Part shown: positions 36,720 to 45,589 of the stretch, piece by piece
Layout of the letters: each line of letters opens with the position of its first letter
Numbering within the stretch: the first letter of the stretch is position 1
DNA from: a virus
Taxonomy: Duplodnaviria; Caudoviricetes
Virus record (IMG/VR): IMGVR_UViG_3300043429_000067
Coordinates: 1-58,181 of that record
Strand: one strand, 5' to 3'
DNA length: 58,181 nucleotides
Made by a program: the position numbers and the translations under genes
The notes under the pieces: generated by a model
What the model was told of the DNA's origin: nothing
The model's input: only the letters and a program-made list of their open reading frames with translations
Database searches by the model: none

Positions 36720-36999
36720 TTAAGACCCTCTCTTTAGCTTTCTGAGCAATCTTCCAAGCATTGAATGCGTCCCTCATTGTAGGCATTGTTTGAAAATAAA
36801 ACTCCATGAATTGGTTGAGTCGCTGGATATGATGTGTCTGCTCCATTAAAGCCAGCCGCAACCCGTCGATAGTTTGGGTGTGTACATTTACATCGCTGGT
36901 TATGTTATTCAATTGCGAATCCAATCTGTACATATCGAGCACGTCGGTGTATCTCCCGTTGACATTGACACTCTGCACTACCGGCATGTGATTGATCAT
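36700..36999 (-). CDS. Hypothetical protein
   Basis: Start MINHMP after GGGGGAAGGG. Confidence 0.5.
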   Translation of the reverse strand: MINHMPVVQSVNVNGRYTDVLDMYRLDSQLNNITSDVNVHTQTIDGLRLALMEQTHHIQRLNQFMEFYFQTMPTMRDAFNAWKIAQKAKERVLNGHSDD

Positions 37000-37229
37000 T
37001 ACCCTTCCCCCCTTAACTCTACCGGCCAGCAATGCTGGCAGTACTCGTTGTGATCACATTCGCATTTAGATAGGTCGCGCTTTGCCCATATCTCGTCGCG
37101 AGTAAGTCGAGAGCGGAGGGTGTCAATCGCTTTTTGGTGGTATACAATGTCATCCCCGTTTGATATATACGGCGCAACCTCCAACGCATCCAGCACCTGC
37201 TGCGCTTCCTCGCGGGTTAAGTTAATCAT
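36999..37229 (-). CDS. Hypothetical protein
   Basis: MINLTREEAQQVLDALE; Cys-rich C-terminus. Confidence 0.55.
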   Translation of the reverse strand: MINLTREEAQQVLDALEVAPYISNGDDIVYHQKAIDTLRSRLTRDEIWAKRDLSKCECDHNEYCQHCWPVELRGEG

Positions 37230-37489
37230 CCTTCCCCCTTATACAGTTCACGTATCTGTTCTATCGACAGGTCTGTCTTGTCGTATATGACGATCAACAG
37301 TCTGTGCGATAACCCTTTGCTGCCACGGCGTAACCTGCTTATCTCTGCCGGGGATGTAATCAAGAAGTCCCCTACCTGTAGATCGTTCTTCAGGTTGTAC
37401 CTCCACTTGATATACCCAAGCAGCAAGTTATCATCGTCAACCTGTGGTCGTACCCTCGCTTTGTTGTAGCCCTTCAGATCGGCTGTCAT
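37226..37489 (-). CDS. HTH-like protein (LKND family)
   Basis: GGAG RBS; NLKND..PAEISRLR..LLIVIYDKTDLSIEQIRELY. Confidence 0.55.
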   Translation of the reverse strand: MTADLKGYNKARVRPQVDDDNLLLGYIKWRYNLKNDLQVGDFLITSPAEISRLRRGSKGLSHRLLIVIYDKTDLSIEQIRELYKGEG

Positions 37490-37880
37490 CGAACACTCCA
37501 AAATATTTACGTAAGAAATAACTCTGCTCTCGCAGTATCTCGTCCATTGCCTCCAGCAACTTCTCTCTCGACGGTGTAGTCTTGCTTGTATGGATAGTGA
37601 ACTCCGCTGTCTCGGCAAACCCTACCAGTACATCACTGGGAAAGTCCTGATTCTTGATGCACCATGCCAGTCGACGTAACCACACAACATCCCCCCAGTG
37701 CGGACGTTCATACGTGCCACGCCTACGTGCGCTACCAACATCCTGTAGATACTTATCCAGTACCCCCAGCTTGGCACGTAAACGTACGCCTTGCTTGAAC
37801 GCCCGCAACTTGGAAAGCCACTCACGCTTTACATCAGGGTTCTCTACCACATGAGGCGGCTTTATCTTGCGTACCCTCAT
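37437..37880 (-). CDS. Hypothetical protein
   Basis: ATGA-coupled ORF. Confidence 0.55.
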   Translation of the reverse strand: MRVRKIKPPHVVENPDVKREWLSKLRAFKQGVRLRAKLGVLDKYLQDVGSARRRGTYERPHWGDVVWLRRLAWCIKNQDFPSDVLVGFAETAEFTIHTSKTTPSREKLLEAMDEILREQSYFLRKYFGVFDDSRSEGLQQSEGTTTG

Positions 37881-38503
37881 ACGATAAGCTTCTGTGCCGT
37901 AGCCATAGCAGTCAGCCTACCCAGATCGACGTTCAACTGTGGCTCATCCTTCTTAACCTTCTCTTTGATCTCACGGTGCTTGTCCTTAGCCCACTCAGGT
38001 ACGATGTCCCATAGCGGAGGCCATGTCCGTAGCGCAGCCGCAAGCGTTGCATGGTTGTTGACTACCTCACGTACCATGTCACGGAACTCAGTACGCCTCT
38101 GCTGTGCAGCGTGAATCCTCTCGCGTTTAGCAGTGTATAGGTGGAATAGTTCATCCCATACAGTGTGCTGCCTCAACTCGAAATTATTGTATGAATCCAT
38201 ACGTATAAGTTCGTTATCCCATGATCCGAAAGGCATAACTTCAGAATTTGTAAGTGTGAAACTTAGGAAGCATTGAATACCACCAATCTTATTAACCTTA
38301 ATTTCGCTTCTCGTATACAGAAATTGTGTAGGTACAGCACTCAGCACATCCCTGTACTCACCGAAGATAGTCTCGTAGATGTAATCTCCCCAGTGTTCAC
38401 CCAGATCAATCCTCTCGGCTTCCTCTACCTGTTTGCTGAACTTGTTGTATGCAGACGTTATGATCTGATTACGCAGTTCAGTACCCAATTTAACTGTCGC
38501 CAT
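37877..38503 (-). CDS. Hypothetical protein, Nmad5-like
   Basis: GGAGGGGG RBS; TLAAALRTWPPLWDIVP motif. Confidence 0.5.
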   Translation of the reverse strand: MATVKLGTELRNQIITSAYNKFSKQVEEAERIDLGEHWGDYIYETIFGEYRDVLSAVPTQFLYTRSEIKVNKIGGIQCFLSFTLTNSEVMPFGSWDNELIRMDSYNNFELRQHTVWDELFHLYTAKRERIHAAQQRRTEFRDMVREVVNNHATLAAALRTWPPLWDIVPEWAKDKHREIKEKVKKDEPQLNVDLGRLTAMATAQKLIV

Positions 38504-38714
38504 GTGTACCCCCTCCTGTTTGTCGTTTAACTCGAACCTCGATACCAGTTTCTGTACGGCGCACATCGACATTACCTGAAGCAATATCATTCAATGCCCG
38601 ACTCATCATGTTACAAGCATCACGTGCTTCATTAAGCTGGTGCTGTAGGTATATGACGTACCCACCCAGTCCGATGAATGCAACGAGCGCAATGAACTCA
38701 GCGTATGTAATCAT
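38490..38714 (-). CDS. Small membrane-anchored protein
   Basis: N-terminal TM helix then coiled coil. Confidence 0.55.
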   Translation of the reverse strand: MITYAEFIALVAFIGLGGYVIYLQHQLNEARDACNMMSRALNDIASGNVDVRRTETGIEVRVKRQTGGGTHGDS

Positions 38715-38992
38715 TTAATTCCCATCCTATAACGTGCAGTCATCGCTACACACAAGTCCTCTACGGTGTCGAACTTTATCCACGGTGAACCGGGAGATGA
38801 TATCTTCGCAGCGTACTGTACCTTCATGTTGTACATCTCTGGGTTGTACTCAATCTGCTTTGCCATCTTGAATGCAGGGTACCAGTCCAGCTTGTCAGCA
38901 TTCCACCAGTTGACACGCACCTCCCATTCCGTACCACTGAGATGGTGCCTGTCACGCTTGTGTATAGCAAACCCTTCGGGTAGCCGTATCAT
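38711..38992 (-). CDS. Hypothetical protein
   Basis: ATGA-coupled ORF. Confidence 0.55.
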   Translation of the reverse strand: MIRLPEGFAIHKRDRHHLSGTEWEVRVNWWNADKLDWYPAFKMAKQIEYNPEMYNMKVQYAAKISSPGSPWIKFDTVEDLCVAMTARYRMGIK

Positions 38993-40146
38993 TTCATCAT
39001 CACCACTTCACCAAACGGTGCCTTGTCACGATAGTTGGATACCCACAGCACAGGGCAATCGGGCTCATCACCGAACGAGTCACAGCACAAGTCAGTCAGG
39101 AACACACAAGCTACCGGTTCGATCTGGTGCTCACGCATGTACTCGAACACTGGTGCAAAGTCTGTACCGCCACCGCCATGTGGCTTGATGTCCAGTGAAT
39201 CATCACGCTCATACGACTCGTAGTGGCATACCTCACTGTCGAAATAGATAACGTGTATCTTGGATGGGTTCATATCATCCTTGACGAACTGTATCTCGGC
39301 AGCGAACTGGTTGATCTCACGCTGTCCAATCGAACCGGAGCAGTCAACAGCGAACACAAGCTCACCCAACTGTTCACCACTGACACTGGGCAGATAGATT
39401 CCTTGTGACATAAAGCGACGATTCGGTCGTGCCCATGAACGGCTGTCAGTCTTGGCCTTCTGTACGAACTTACGCAGCACATCCCGCCAGTCAACGGCAG
39501 GTTGCAGCACCTCATCTACCAGTCGTCGCATGTTCTGAGATAGCTTGCCCATCATCTTCGCTGCCTGTGCAGCCTGCGCAACAGCTACCTTCAACTCAGC
39601 TTGTTGCTGTGCCTGTTCAGCCGGAGAACCATCAGCATCTTCGCAGTCATCTAGCGGACCGCCGGGTTCACCAGCACCGCTACCATCACCGGGCATATCA
39701 GGCAGGACGTTGTAGATACCGTCAGCAGTACCACCACCTGCGTTATAGATGTTCCTATCCAGCAGCCCCTGCTTTGGCATCTTGCCGATGTTCTCGTCCG
39801 ACAGTAACTGGTTGATCACATAGTCACCGGCCATGTTCCATCGCTTTGCTTGCCGCCCGTTACGCCGGAAGATATGCTCAAGCATAGGGTGAAAGCACTC
39901 GTGTGCTGCAAGGAACTTAACCTCCTCGTCAGTCAGCGTATCCAGAAAGTCAGGATTGAATACCACCCGCTTGCCATTGGTTGCTGCCGTAGGTACATGT
40001 CGGCTTAACTCAAACGGCATACGCATGGCGATACTACCGATGAACGGATGCTCCAGTATCAGGCTGGTCTTTGCTTTAGCCAAACGGATACGGTTCTTCT
40101 CCGCTTCCTGCGGAGTAATTTCTTTTGTCTCGATTACTGTAGTCAT
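38989..40146 (-). CDS. HExxH metallopeptidase plus VWA domain protein (DUF2201-like)
   Basis: TAATNG, AHECFH, DCSGS MIDAS, GGGGTDF, FLTD; GGAGG RBS. Confidence 0.85.
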   Translation of the reverse strand: MTTVIETKEITPQEAEKNRIRLAKAKTSLILEHPFIGSIAMRMPFELSRHVPTAATNGKRVVFNPDFLDTLTDEEVKFLAAHECFHPMLEHIFRRNGRQAKRWNMAGDYVINQLLSDENIGKMPKQGLLDRNIYNAGGGTADGIYNVLPDMPGDGSGAGEPGGPLDDCEDADGSPAEQAQQQAELKVAVAQAAQAAKMMGKLSQNMRRLVDEVLQPAVDWRDVLRKFVQKAKTDSRSWARPNRRFMSQGIYLPSVSGEQLGELVFAVDCSGSIGQREINQFAAEIQFVKDDMNPSKIHVIYFDSEVCHYESYERDDSLDIKPHGGGGTDFAPVFEYMREHQIEPVACVFLTDLCCDSFGDEPDCPVLWVSNYRDKAPFGEVVMMK

Positions 40147-40265
40147 AAGTCCTCCACGCATTCACGTACATACTCTCGCGCCCCTTCAAAGGCAACGATA
40201 ACCATAGCGATAGGCAACATGAACCATGCCATCACGCCAGTAACTACTGCGATTACTTTACTCAT
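40143..40265 (-). CDS. 40-aa hydrophobic peptide (not in ORF track)
   Basis: MSKVIAVVTGVMAWFMLPIAMVIVAF...; ATGA coupling. Confidence 0.45.
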   Translation of the reverse strand: MSKVIAVVTGVMAWFMLPIAMVIVAFEGAREYVRECVEDL

Positions 40266-40269
40266 ATAC

Positions 40270-40374
40270 TCACCCCAATATCCACATCGCTAGGAAAAAA
40301 CCTGCGGATACCAGACACACCAGTACCCAGCAGGTTATTGCTATTGCTCTCAAGAAGTCATCATCGTCACCCAT
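40270..40374 (-). CDS. 34-aa TM peptide
   Basis: MGDDDDFLRAIAITCWVLVCLVSAGFFLAMWILG. Confidence 0.4.
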   Translation of the reverse strand: MGDDDDFLRAIAITCWVLVCLVSAGFFLAMWILG

Positions 40375-41221
40375 TGGATGCACCCATGAACGAACCCATA
40401 GCCGCCATGATTCGTCGTGCCTCCTCTGCCGTATCGCTACGCAGATCAGGGTCATTACGCAGTGCATCAGGATGTTTCAGCAGCTTGCTCTCGACCTCCT
40501 GCCGCAATGCCTCAAGGTTAGGGTCGTCAGCAAAGTTAAGGCGAGGCAGTAACGCACACAGTTCACGTGCATTCTCGATCATGCTGGATTGAAAGACAGC
40601 CTTCGGGTCAGACAGCTTCTCTGCCATGTGTTTAACACGGTCAAATAATCGCTGCCATACCTCTTGCATGGCGTTCTGTTGTGCATTCATGACTCTGGCC
40701 TCAACGTCCTGTTGGATACGCGACAACTCGTCTGATGCAATGCTTACTCGGAAGTCTGATGATGGCACAGGAAATACCGCCATGTCCATACGAAACTTAT
40801 CAGTGATAGATTCCTGCGATGGGTAATCAGCCGGATCATAGAGACTACCTAAGATACTCTGAGCGTTCTGTATAAGTACAGGATACTCAGTCACAAAGTC
40901 ATTGACCAGCGACATCCACTCTGACTTCTGCTTGCGAAACTCTGTCATGAATTGCAAGTAGTTACTCGACGGCAGCATCATCGTGCCATCCATACCCCAC
41001 GGCAAAGTGTTCTTGTAGTAGATGTTCCTGACAGTCGTTGTCTTTTTGTGTACTGCATCCAGTAAATTGTGCATCGGCAGCAACGACTTGTTATACCGGC
41101 CAGCATCGACTGTCGTGCCATGTGTATTGGCAACCTCTTTGGTTACCTTCTTGTCGTACTTACGTGCCATCCACTGGCTGACGTTCAACTGTACGAGTAG
41201 TGCTCTGTCATTCAGGTTCAT
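40367..41221 (-). CDS. Conserved helical phage protein (DUF3150-like)
   Basis: TLPW, YDPADYPS, LPRLNFADDP motifs; between ATPase and VWA genes. Confidence 0.65.
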   Translation of the reverse strand: MNLNDRALLVQLNVSQWMARKYDKKVTKEVANTHGTTVDAGRYNKSLLPMHNLLDAVHKKTTTVRNIYYKNTLPWGMDGTMMLPSSNYLQFMTEFRKQKSEWMSLVNDFVTEYPVLIQNAQSILGSLYDPADYPSQESITDKFRMDMAVFPVPSSDFRVSIASDELSRIQQDVEARVMNAQQNAMQEVWQRLFDRVKHMAEKLSDPKAVFQSSMIENARELCALLPRLNFADDPNLEALRQEVESKLLKHPDALRNDPDLRSDTAEEARRIMAAMGSFMGASNG

Positions 41222-41472
41222 TTAATTCCCCTTAAAAGTTTGCATTTAGTTACGTATGCTACGAAGTGCTCGCTGTGTTCTACTGCTTTGGATACTGCAT
41301 AGTTGTGTACTACTGTGCTAGTGGTTACCTGCCCTGCCAATCGTCGATGATCAGCAGGGGTTATCAGTGACAGCTTGTCGAGATATATGACCCAATCGTA
41401 TATAAAGACTGGGTCATTCCAATGAATGTCGCTCTCCATTAGAACAGCACATTCTGGTGCTTCAACGACCAC
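41218..41472 (-). CDS. Hypothetical protein (true start probably ATG 41439)
   Basis: Fills gap between coupled genes. Confidence 0.45.
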   Translation of the reverse strand: MVVEAPECAVLMESDIHWNDPVFIYDWVIYLDKLSLITPADHRRLAGQVTTSTVVHNYAVSKAVEHSEHFVAYVTKCKLLRGIK

Positions 41473-42428
41473 TTGATAAACGCTTGTGTGTTAGCCAAGT
41501 CAGGATTCTTACGGCAAGCGTAGCTGATGGTCAGCACTGAGAACTCCGGAGGCATACGCTCTGCATAGGTACAGACACGTTCAAAGTTATTCTCGGTAGC
41601 ACGTTCAGCAATCGAACCGGACAGGGCATACAGTGTCGCAGGGTCAGTCGGTACTTCACCAGCAGTCGGGTTCAGCAGGATGTTGTCAGGGTTAGGTAGC
41701 TTGCGCCATATCCGCAGATAGCCAGTGAACTCGGCAGCAGCACCCTCACCGACAGCACCCTTGAAGCACTCGAACTCGGCAGATGCAGGGACAGTACCCA
41801 TGATGGCAGACACACCCTCAACCCATGACCGTGGTGTCGGGTTGCTATCACGCTGTGGATCGAAGTCATGCAGCAGACCGCTACGAAACCGCAGGAACGA
41901 TATGACCTCGGCCTTGACACCGTTATCGATCATCCACTGTGTACTATCGTCAAGATGCGTCTCAAGCTCAAGCACTGTCTCGCGGTTACGCAAGTGGCTT
42001 AGGATACGGTTCGCACCAGCCCTGTCAGACTGACGATTGCCCGTCGATATGACCATCCACCCGTCAGGCATCGGTGTGCCATGCAGGTTACGTGCTTGAC
42101 AGATGTTGGCCAGCACCTTCTGCAACTCGTTACCAGCCTGATTGCGGTCGTCGAATAGCAGGATGCCCTCATCAGGCGCTTCCCCCTTGACTGGAAACCA
42201 GTCGGGCAACTCGTAATGTAAGCCTCGCTTGTTATCATTCTTGAACAGGATGCCGAAGTCCTCGACCAGCATGGTCGGCATGTGCTTCTCTACAACAGGT
42301 ATACCAAGCTCCTGTGCAGCTTCATGAACGATCGTTGTCTTACCACCTCCGGGAGCACCCTCGATCGACAATGTACGACGTGTTGGATACAGTGCCTTGA
42401 TAGTGTCCTTCAACAGTGATGCTCTCAT
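41439..42428 (-). CDS. MoxR-like AAA+ ATPase
   Basis: GAPGGGKT, LLFDD, STGNRQSDRAG, LRNR, PTPRSW. Confidence 0.85.
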   Translation of the reverse strand: MRASLLKDTIKALYPTRRTLSIEGAPGGGKTTIVHEAAQELGIPVVEKHMPTMLVEDFGILFKNDNKRGLHYELPDWFPVKGEAPDEGILLFDDRNQAGNELQKVLANICQARNLHGTPMPDGWMVISTGNRQSDRAGANRILSHLRNRETVLELETHLDDSTQWMIDNGVKAEVISFLRFRSGLLHDFDPQRDSNPTPRSWVEGVSAIMGTVPASAEFECFKGAVGEGAAAEFTGYLRIWRKLPNPDNILLNPTAGEVPTDPATLYALSGSIAERATENNFERVCTYAERMPPEFSVLTISYACRKNPDLANTQAFIKWSLKHQNVLF

Positions 42429-42430
42429 TC

Positions 42431-42604
42431 TCAGACTCCCTTGTAAAGTTTATGGTCTATACCGTATGAAACTACTGTGTCACCGCCAAACATGTCACGT
42501 GTTTGTTTAGCGTCCTGCTTGTTGCCGAAGTACATAATGCTGCCGTCCTCGTCCTTCACTGGTGCACCACCCTTGCCATAGCGCAGCATGAATAGCCTCA
42601 TCAT
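42431..42604 (-). CDS. Hypothetical protein
   Basis: MMRLFMLR...VVSYGIDH; GGGGG RBS. Confidence 0.5.
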   Translation of the reverse strand: MMRLFMLRYGKGGAPVKDEDGSIMYFGNKQDAKQTRDMFGGDTVVSYGIDHKLYKGV

Positions 42605-42681
42605 ATTCCCCCTGTTAAATCGATAATGAACCATACAACCAGCCCTGCCAGTACTACCAATGCAATATCAACTCCCGTCAT
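42601..42681 (-). CDS. 26-aa TM peptide (not in ORF track)
   Basis: GAGGGGG RBS; MTGVDIALVVLAGLVVWFIIDLTGGI. Confidence 0.45.
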   Translation of the reverse strand: MTGVDIALVVLAGLVVWFIIDLTGGI

Positions 42682-42859
42682 GATTCCCCCTCGGCGGTAT
42701 GGTGTAGAACAGATCATGCAACTGTCGATGTATAGCGTCTTTGCGCTCTGTCTCCAGTGCATAAGTAGTACGCTTCTCTACCTTACGAGCATGTTTACCT
42801 GCACCACTCTGCTTGGCAGCAGCTACGAAATTACGCGGCTTTAGCTTTGGCTTTGTCAT
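42668..42859 (-). CDS. Small basic protein
   Basis: KPRNFVA...GAGKH motif; GGAGGG RBS. Confidence 0.5.
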   Translation of the reverse strand: MTKPKLKPRNFVAAAKQSGAGKHARKVEKRTTYALETERKDAIHRQLHDLFYTIPPRGNHDGS

Positions 42860-43406
42860 TTTTCTTCCCTCCATCTGGCCATCCAGCTTTCATCAAGTCC
42901 GTTACCAAGTCCGTAATGGCTGGTAACGTCTTACACTTTGGGTCAGCATCCTCCGGCAGATACTTAGCAAACTCAGGCATTGCATCTCTGGCTTGCTTGA
43001 CTGTATTAAACGACCGGATAGTGGCGTATAGTTTGGTTTCCAATGAACCAAGCACTTTACTTTGTGCTATCTCATCGGCATCAATCTTCCGCAGTGCAAG
43101 CACTACGTCCTTGTCTGTAATCTTGTACGTAGTACTACCGCCATCTGTATCAGGCACAAGCCAGAACTTGCCCAGACCCCACGAGTAACGGCTATTGTTT
43201 TCTGATTCATAACATACATGGTCAGGACGGAAATATATTTGCGTTGCCTTGTCCTTGTACATACGCATCACACTGGCTGGTGCAATGGCAAACAGGTGAT
43301 CTTGTATAACTTTCCTGCGCTGTTCCATGTGATCCACCTTCGGTGTGTCCTGCAATACCGAATTTACAAACGCACTGCGGATAGAATCGTTAAGACGAAT
43401 ACTCAT
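42831..43406 (-). CDS. Nmad5-like protein
   Basis: RLNDSIRSAFV...TVKQARDAMPEFAKYLP pattern. Confidence 0.6.
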   Translation of the reverse strand: MSIRLNDSIRSAFVNSVLQDTPKVDHMEQRRKVIQDHLFAIAPASVMRMYKDKATQIYFRPDHVCYESENNSRYSWGLGKFWLVPDTDGGSTTYKITDKDVVLALRKIDADEIAQSKVLGSLETKLYATIRSFNTVKQARDAMPEFAKYLPEDADPKCKTLPAITDLVTDLMKAGWPDGGKKNDKAKAKAA

Positions 43407-43624
43407 TTGATAATCCCTCCCTTGTTGTTGATACCCTTCAGATCATCGGGGTTAGTAAAAAGCATATAGTTACTCTTGTGCATCGGTGCTACGGTGTGCT
43501 TCACCTGCTTGGCCGCCTCCTCCCCACACCACAGGCAAAGGCGGTAACCTAGTTTCACCCTGCGATGGTCTACATTCCCACCGCATTGTGGACACAGATA
43601 ACGTGTATCTTCATTCATTGACAA
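43403..43624 (-). CDS. C4 zinc-finger protein
   Basis: CPQC...CLWC; PMHKSNY. Confidence 0.6.
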   Translation of the reverse strand: MSMNEDTRYLCPQCGGNVDHRRVKLGYRLCLWCGEEAAKQVKHTVAPMHKSNYMLFTNPDDLKGINNKGGIIK

Positions 43625-43760
43625 CCCTCCATGCGTATACGAAATTGCAATCTACACACTGTGCTGTTGTGCTACTGTTGGTCGGATTCTTGCGGAACCG
43701 CAGTATGATGGTGTTGGTACTTCCACAACGCGGACACGGACAATCCACTCGCTCATTCAT
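43611..43760 (-). CDS. 49-aa zinc-ribbon protein (not in ORF track)
   Basis: MNERVDCPCPRCGSTN...QCVDCNFVY. Confidence 0.5.
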   Translation of the reverse strand: MNERVDCPCPRCGSTNTIILRFRKNPTNSSTTAQCVDCNFVYAWRVVNE

Positions 43761-43986
43761 CCCATCTCCCTGTCAGTCGTACCTTCGCTGCTCTGGATAG
43801 AGCAACCTCGGTGTCTGCAACGAATATGTACCCAGTGCAATTGTTGTTTGAGTACACACTTTGTAAAACATTACACATGCTTGTGTTATAGCCAAGGTTT
43901 GACTCACCTCGATCAGCAATACACCCTGAGCACCCGCCCTTCACAAGCTCGTCGATCTGCACGATTTTGAAGTCGATATGCTTCAA
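43753..43986 (-). CDS. Cys-rich hypothetical protein (paralog A)
   Basis: GCSGCIA...C...C. Confidence 0.55.
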   Translation of the reverse strand: MKHIDFKIVQIDELVKGGCSGCIADRGESNLGYNTSMCNVLQSVYSNNNCTGYIFVADTEVALSRAAKVRLTGRWDE

Positions 43987-44228
43987 TGCAAATCCTCCTC
44001 ATGTAAAGTCGATCCCTCCGGCGGGTTAAGCTCGTCGTAAGGACTGCCGTCGAACATCTTGGCTACAGGGATGATGTCGGTCATACCATCCTCGTACTGT
44101 GCAATGGCACAGACAGCGATGACTGTCTTACCGGTTTGTTTATCGGTACACTCCACCAGTGCCAGATCACCGTTCTGGGCAGCAGCAAGCAGCGTGTCGA
44201 AGTTGAACTTGTGTCCTTCGGTAATCAT
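43983..44228 (-). CDS. Conserved hypothetical protein
   Basis: NFDTLLAAA..GDLALVEC...P.AKMFDGSPY. Confidence 0.6.
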   Translation of the reverse strand: MITEGHKFNFDTLLAAAQNGDLALVECTDKQTGKTVIAVCAIAQYEDGMTDIIPVAKMFDGSPYDELNPPEGSTLHEEDLH

Positions 44229-44461
44229 TTTGTTATCCTTTGCTTTGTATAGTTAGCGATATGCTCGGGTGTGTCGATGATGTAGATCATGCTGGATTCC
44301 CTGCACCGACCATTGATGCTTTGAAAATGGACACAGAGCGTTTCATTGTCATCTTCATCGGGGTAGATGTTATGGGCTACACACCCTGCACAATCGCCCT
44401 CCTCAATCTCTTGGACACGGATGAATGTGATGGTTGTATAGGTGCTTGGTTTAATCATCAT
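44225..44461 (-). CDS. Cys-rich hypothetical protein (paralog B)
   Basis: DCAGCVA...C...C; start MMIKPS. Confidence 0.55.
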   Translation of the reverse strand: MMIKPSTYTTITFIRVQEIEEGDCAGCVAHNIYPDEDDNETLCVHFQSINGRCRESSMIYIIDTPEHIANYTKQRITK

Positions 44462-44835
44462 CCCCCCATGAATGCCATCAGTGCTTCGGTCTGTGACTGT
44501 CGCTGATCGGGACGGCTGAGTATCCGTTCCTTTGCAATGGCCGCCCATCCCCCCTGTGCAAGCCGTTTCATCCAAGCAGTGGATAACAGGATGGTATTGG
44601 TATGTGGATGGGCTTGTGACCGGTGTCGCTTGGTAGACTGGCTGTAGCTATCTTCGTTCTCGAACCAGCAACCATTGGCATGGATGAACAAAGGCCAGTG
44701 CTCACCGTAGCTATACACTACGTACCAGTTCTCATCGGGGTTTAGATTGGTGTATACACGGCTGTATAGATTGCTACCCTCGAATGACTCACGCCGTTGG
44801 ACAAGGGCACGACACTTGCTGTTGGCTACCTTCAT
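44458..44835 (-). CDS. Conserved early phage protein
   Basis: YVVYSYGEHWPLF..YSQSTKRH; GGAG RBS. Confidence 0.6.
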   Translation of the reverse strand: MKVANSKCRALVQRRESFEGSNLYSRVYTNLNPDENWYVVYSYGEHWPLFIHANGCWFENEDSYSQSTKRHRSQAHPHTNTILLSTAWMKRLAQGGWAAIAKERILSRPDQRQSQTEALMAFMGG

Positions 44836-44906
44836 ATAATCTCCAGTAGATGTTGTGGAAAGTTAATACGATGAGGGACTGAGTAAATTGCCCCTCACCG
44901 CTGGTG

Positions 44907-45182
44907 TTACAGGGATACAACCTTTGAATACACTTCTGCTTGATTCTCATAGCCACTGACGAATGCACAGATTGCAGTATTGCGAAAGTTATAACGAATC
45001 ATGTCGCCGTAATTACTGTCGCATTTGGCACTGGGCAAGCTCATAGACTGTCGAACCTTACGGATAGCACCACGGGCTGTATTGGCGTGTACCTTGAATC
45101 TGTGTACCCATGAGTAATTGGCTTCACCACCATAGGTGTCTGTTACTTCCACAAAGAATATAGAACGCATCTTCATAGTCAC
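44907..45182 (-). CDS. Conserved early phage protein
   Basis: EVTDTYGGEANYSWV motif; GAGGAG RBS. Confidence 0.6.
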   Translation of the reverse strand: MTMKMRSIFFVEVTDTYGGEANYSWVHRFKVHANTARGAIRKVRQSMSLPSAKCDSNYGDMIRYNFRNTAICAFVSGYENQAEVYSKVVSL

Positions 45183-45185
45183 TCC

Positions 45186-45473
45186 TCACGCCAGTTTTAC
45201 AGTACGTACCACAGCAGATGGTGTCTCTTGTGCTGGTAGTACAGCAAGATACGGCTTGCCCCATTTGTCTGACATGATGATCGGTGTATCACCGTTTGCT
45301 TTGGGCTTGTATACTTTGGCTTCCATCTTGTGCTGCTTGGACAGCTTCTGAATGGTTGTGTACAGTTCCACGACATTGGTCATGTCAAATTTACCATCGG
45401 TGTCTGCCTTGATGGTGATGCGCTTCTTAGTATCTGCATATACAGATACTTTACCATTGTAAATCTTAGCCAT
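45186..45473 (-). CDS. Early protein, paralog of 46561..46857
   Basis: AAGGAG RBS; start MAKIYNG. Confidence 0.65.
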   Translation of the reverse strand: MAKIYNGKVSVYADTKKRITIKADTDGKFDMTNVVELYTTIQKLSKQHKMEAKVYKPKANGDTPIIMSDKWGKPYLAVLPAQETPSAVVRTVKLA

Positions 45474-45521
45474 GTAAAGCTCCTTAAAAGGTAAAGTTAA
45501 TGCCCCAAGCGGGGCAACCTC

Positions 45522-45550
45522 AGACTCGCTCAGGCCGCCCTCGGCGTCAA
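45522..45550 (-). promoter_or_regulatory. Promoter-like TTGACG-N17-GAGTCT
   Basis: Same boxes and spacing as 46932..46960. Confidence 0.55.
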
Positions 45551-45589
45551 GTTTGGCCTGTGATCCATGAAAAGCGGGTGATGTAAAGC

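Noticed and set aside
42431-42438. Third GAGTCTGA promoter-like box
   Set aside because: No TTGACG 17 nt upstream; explained by RBS plus stop codon
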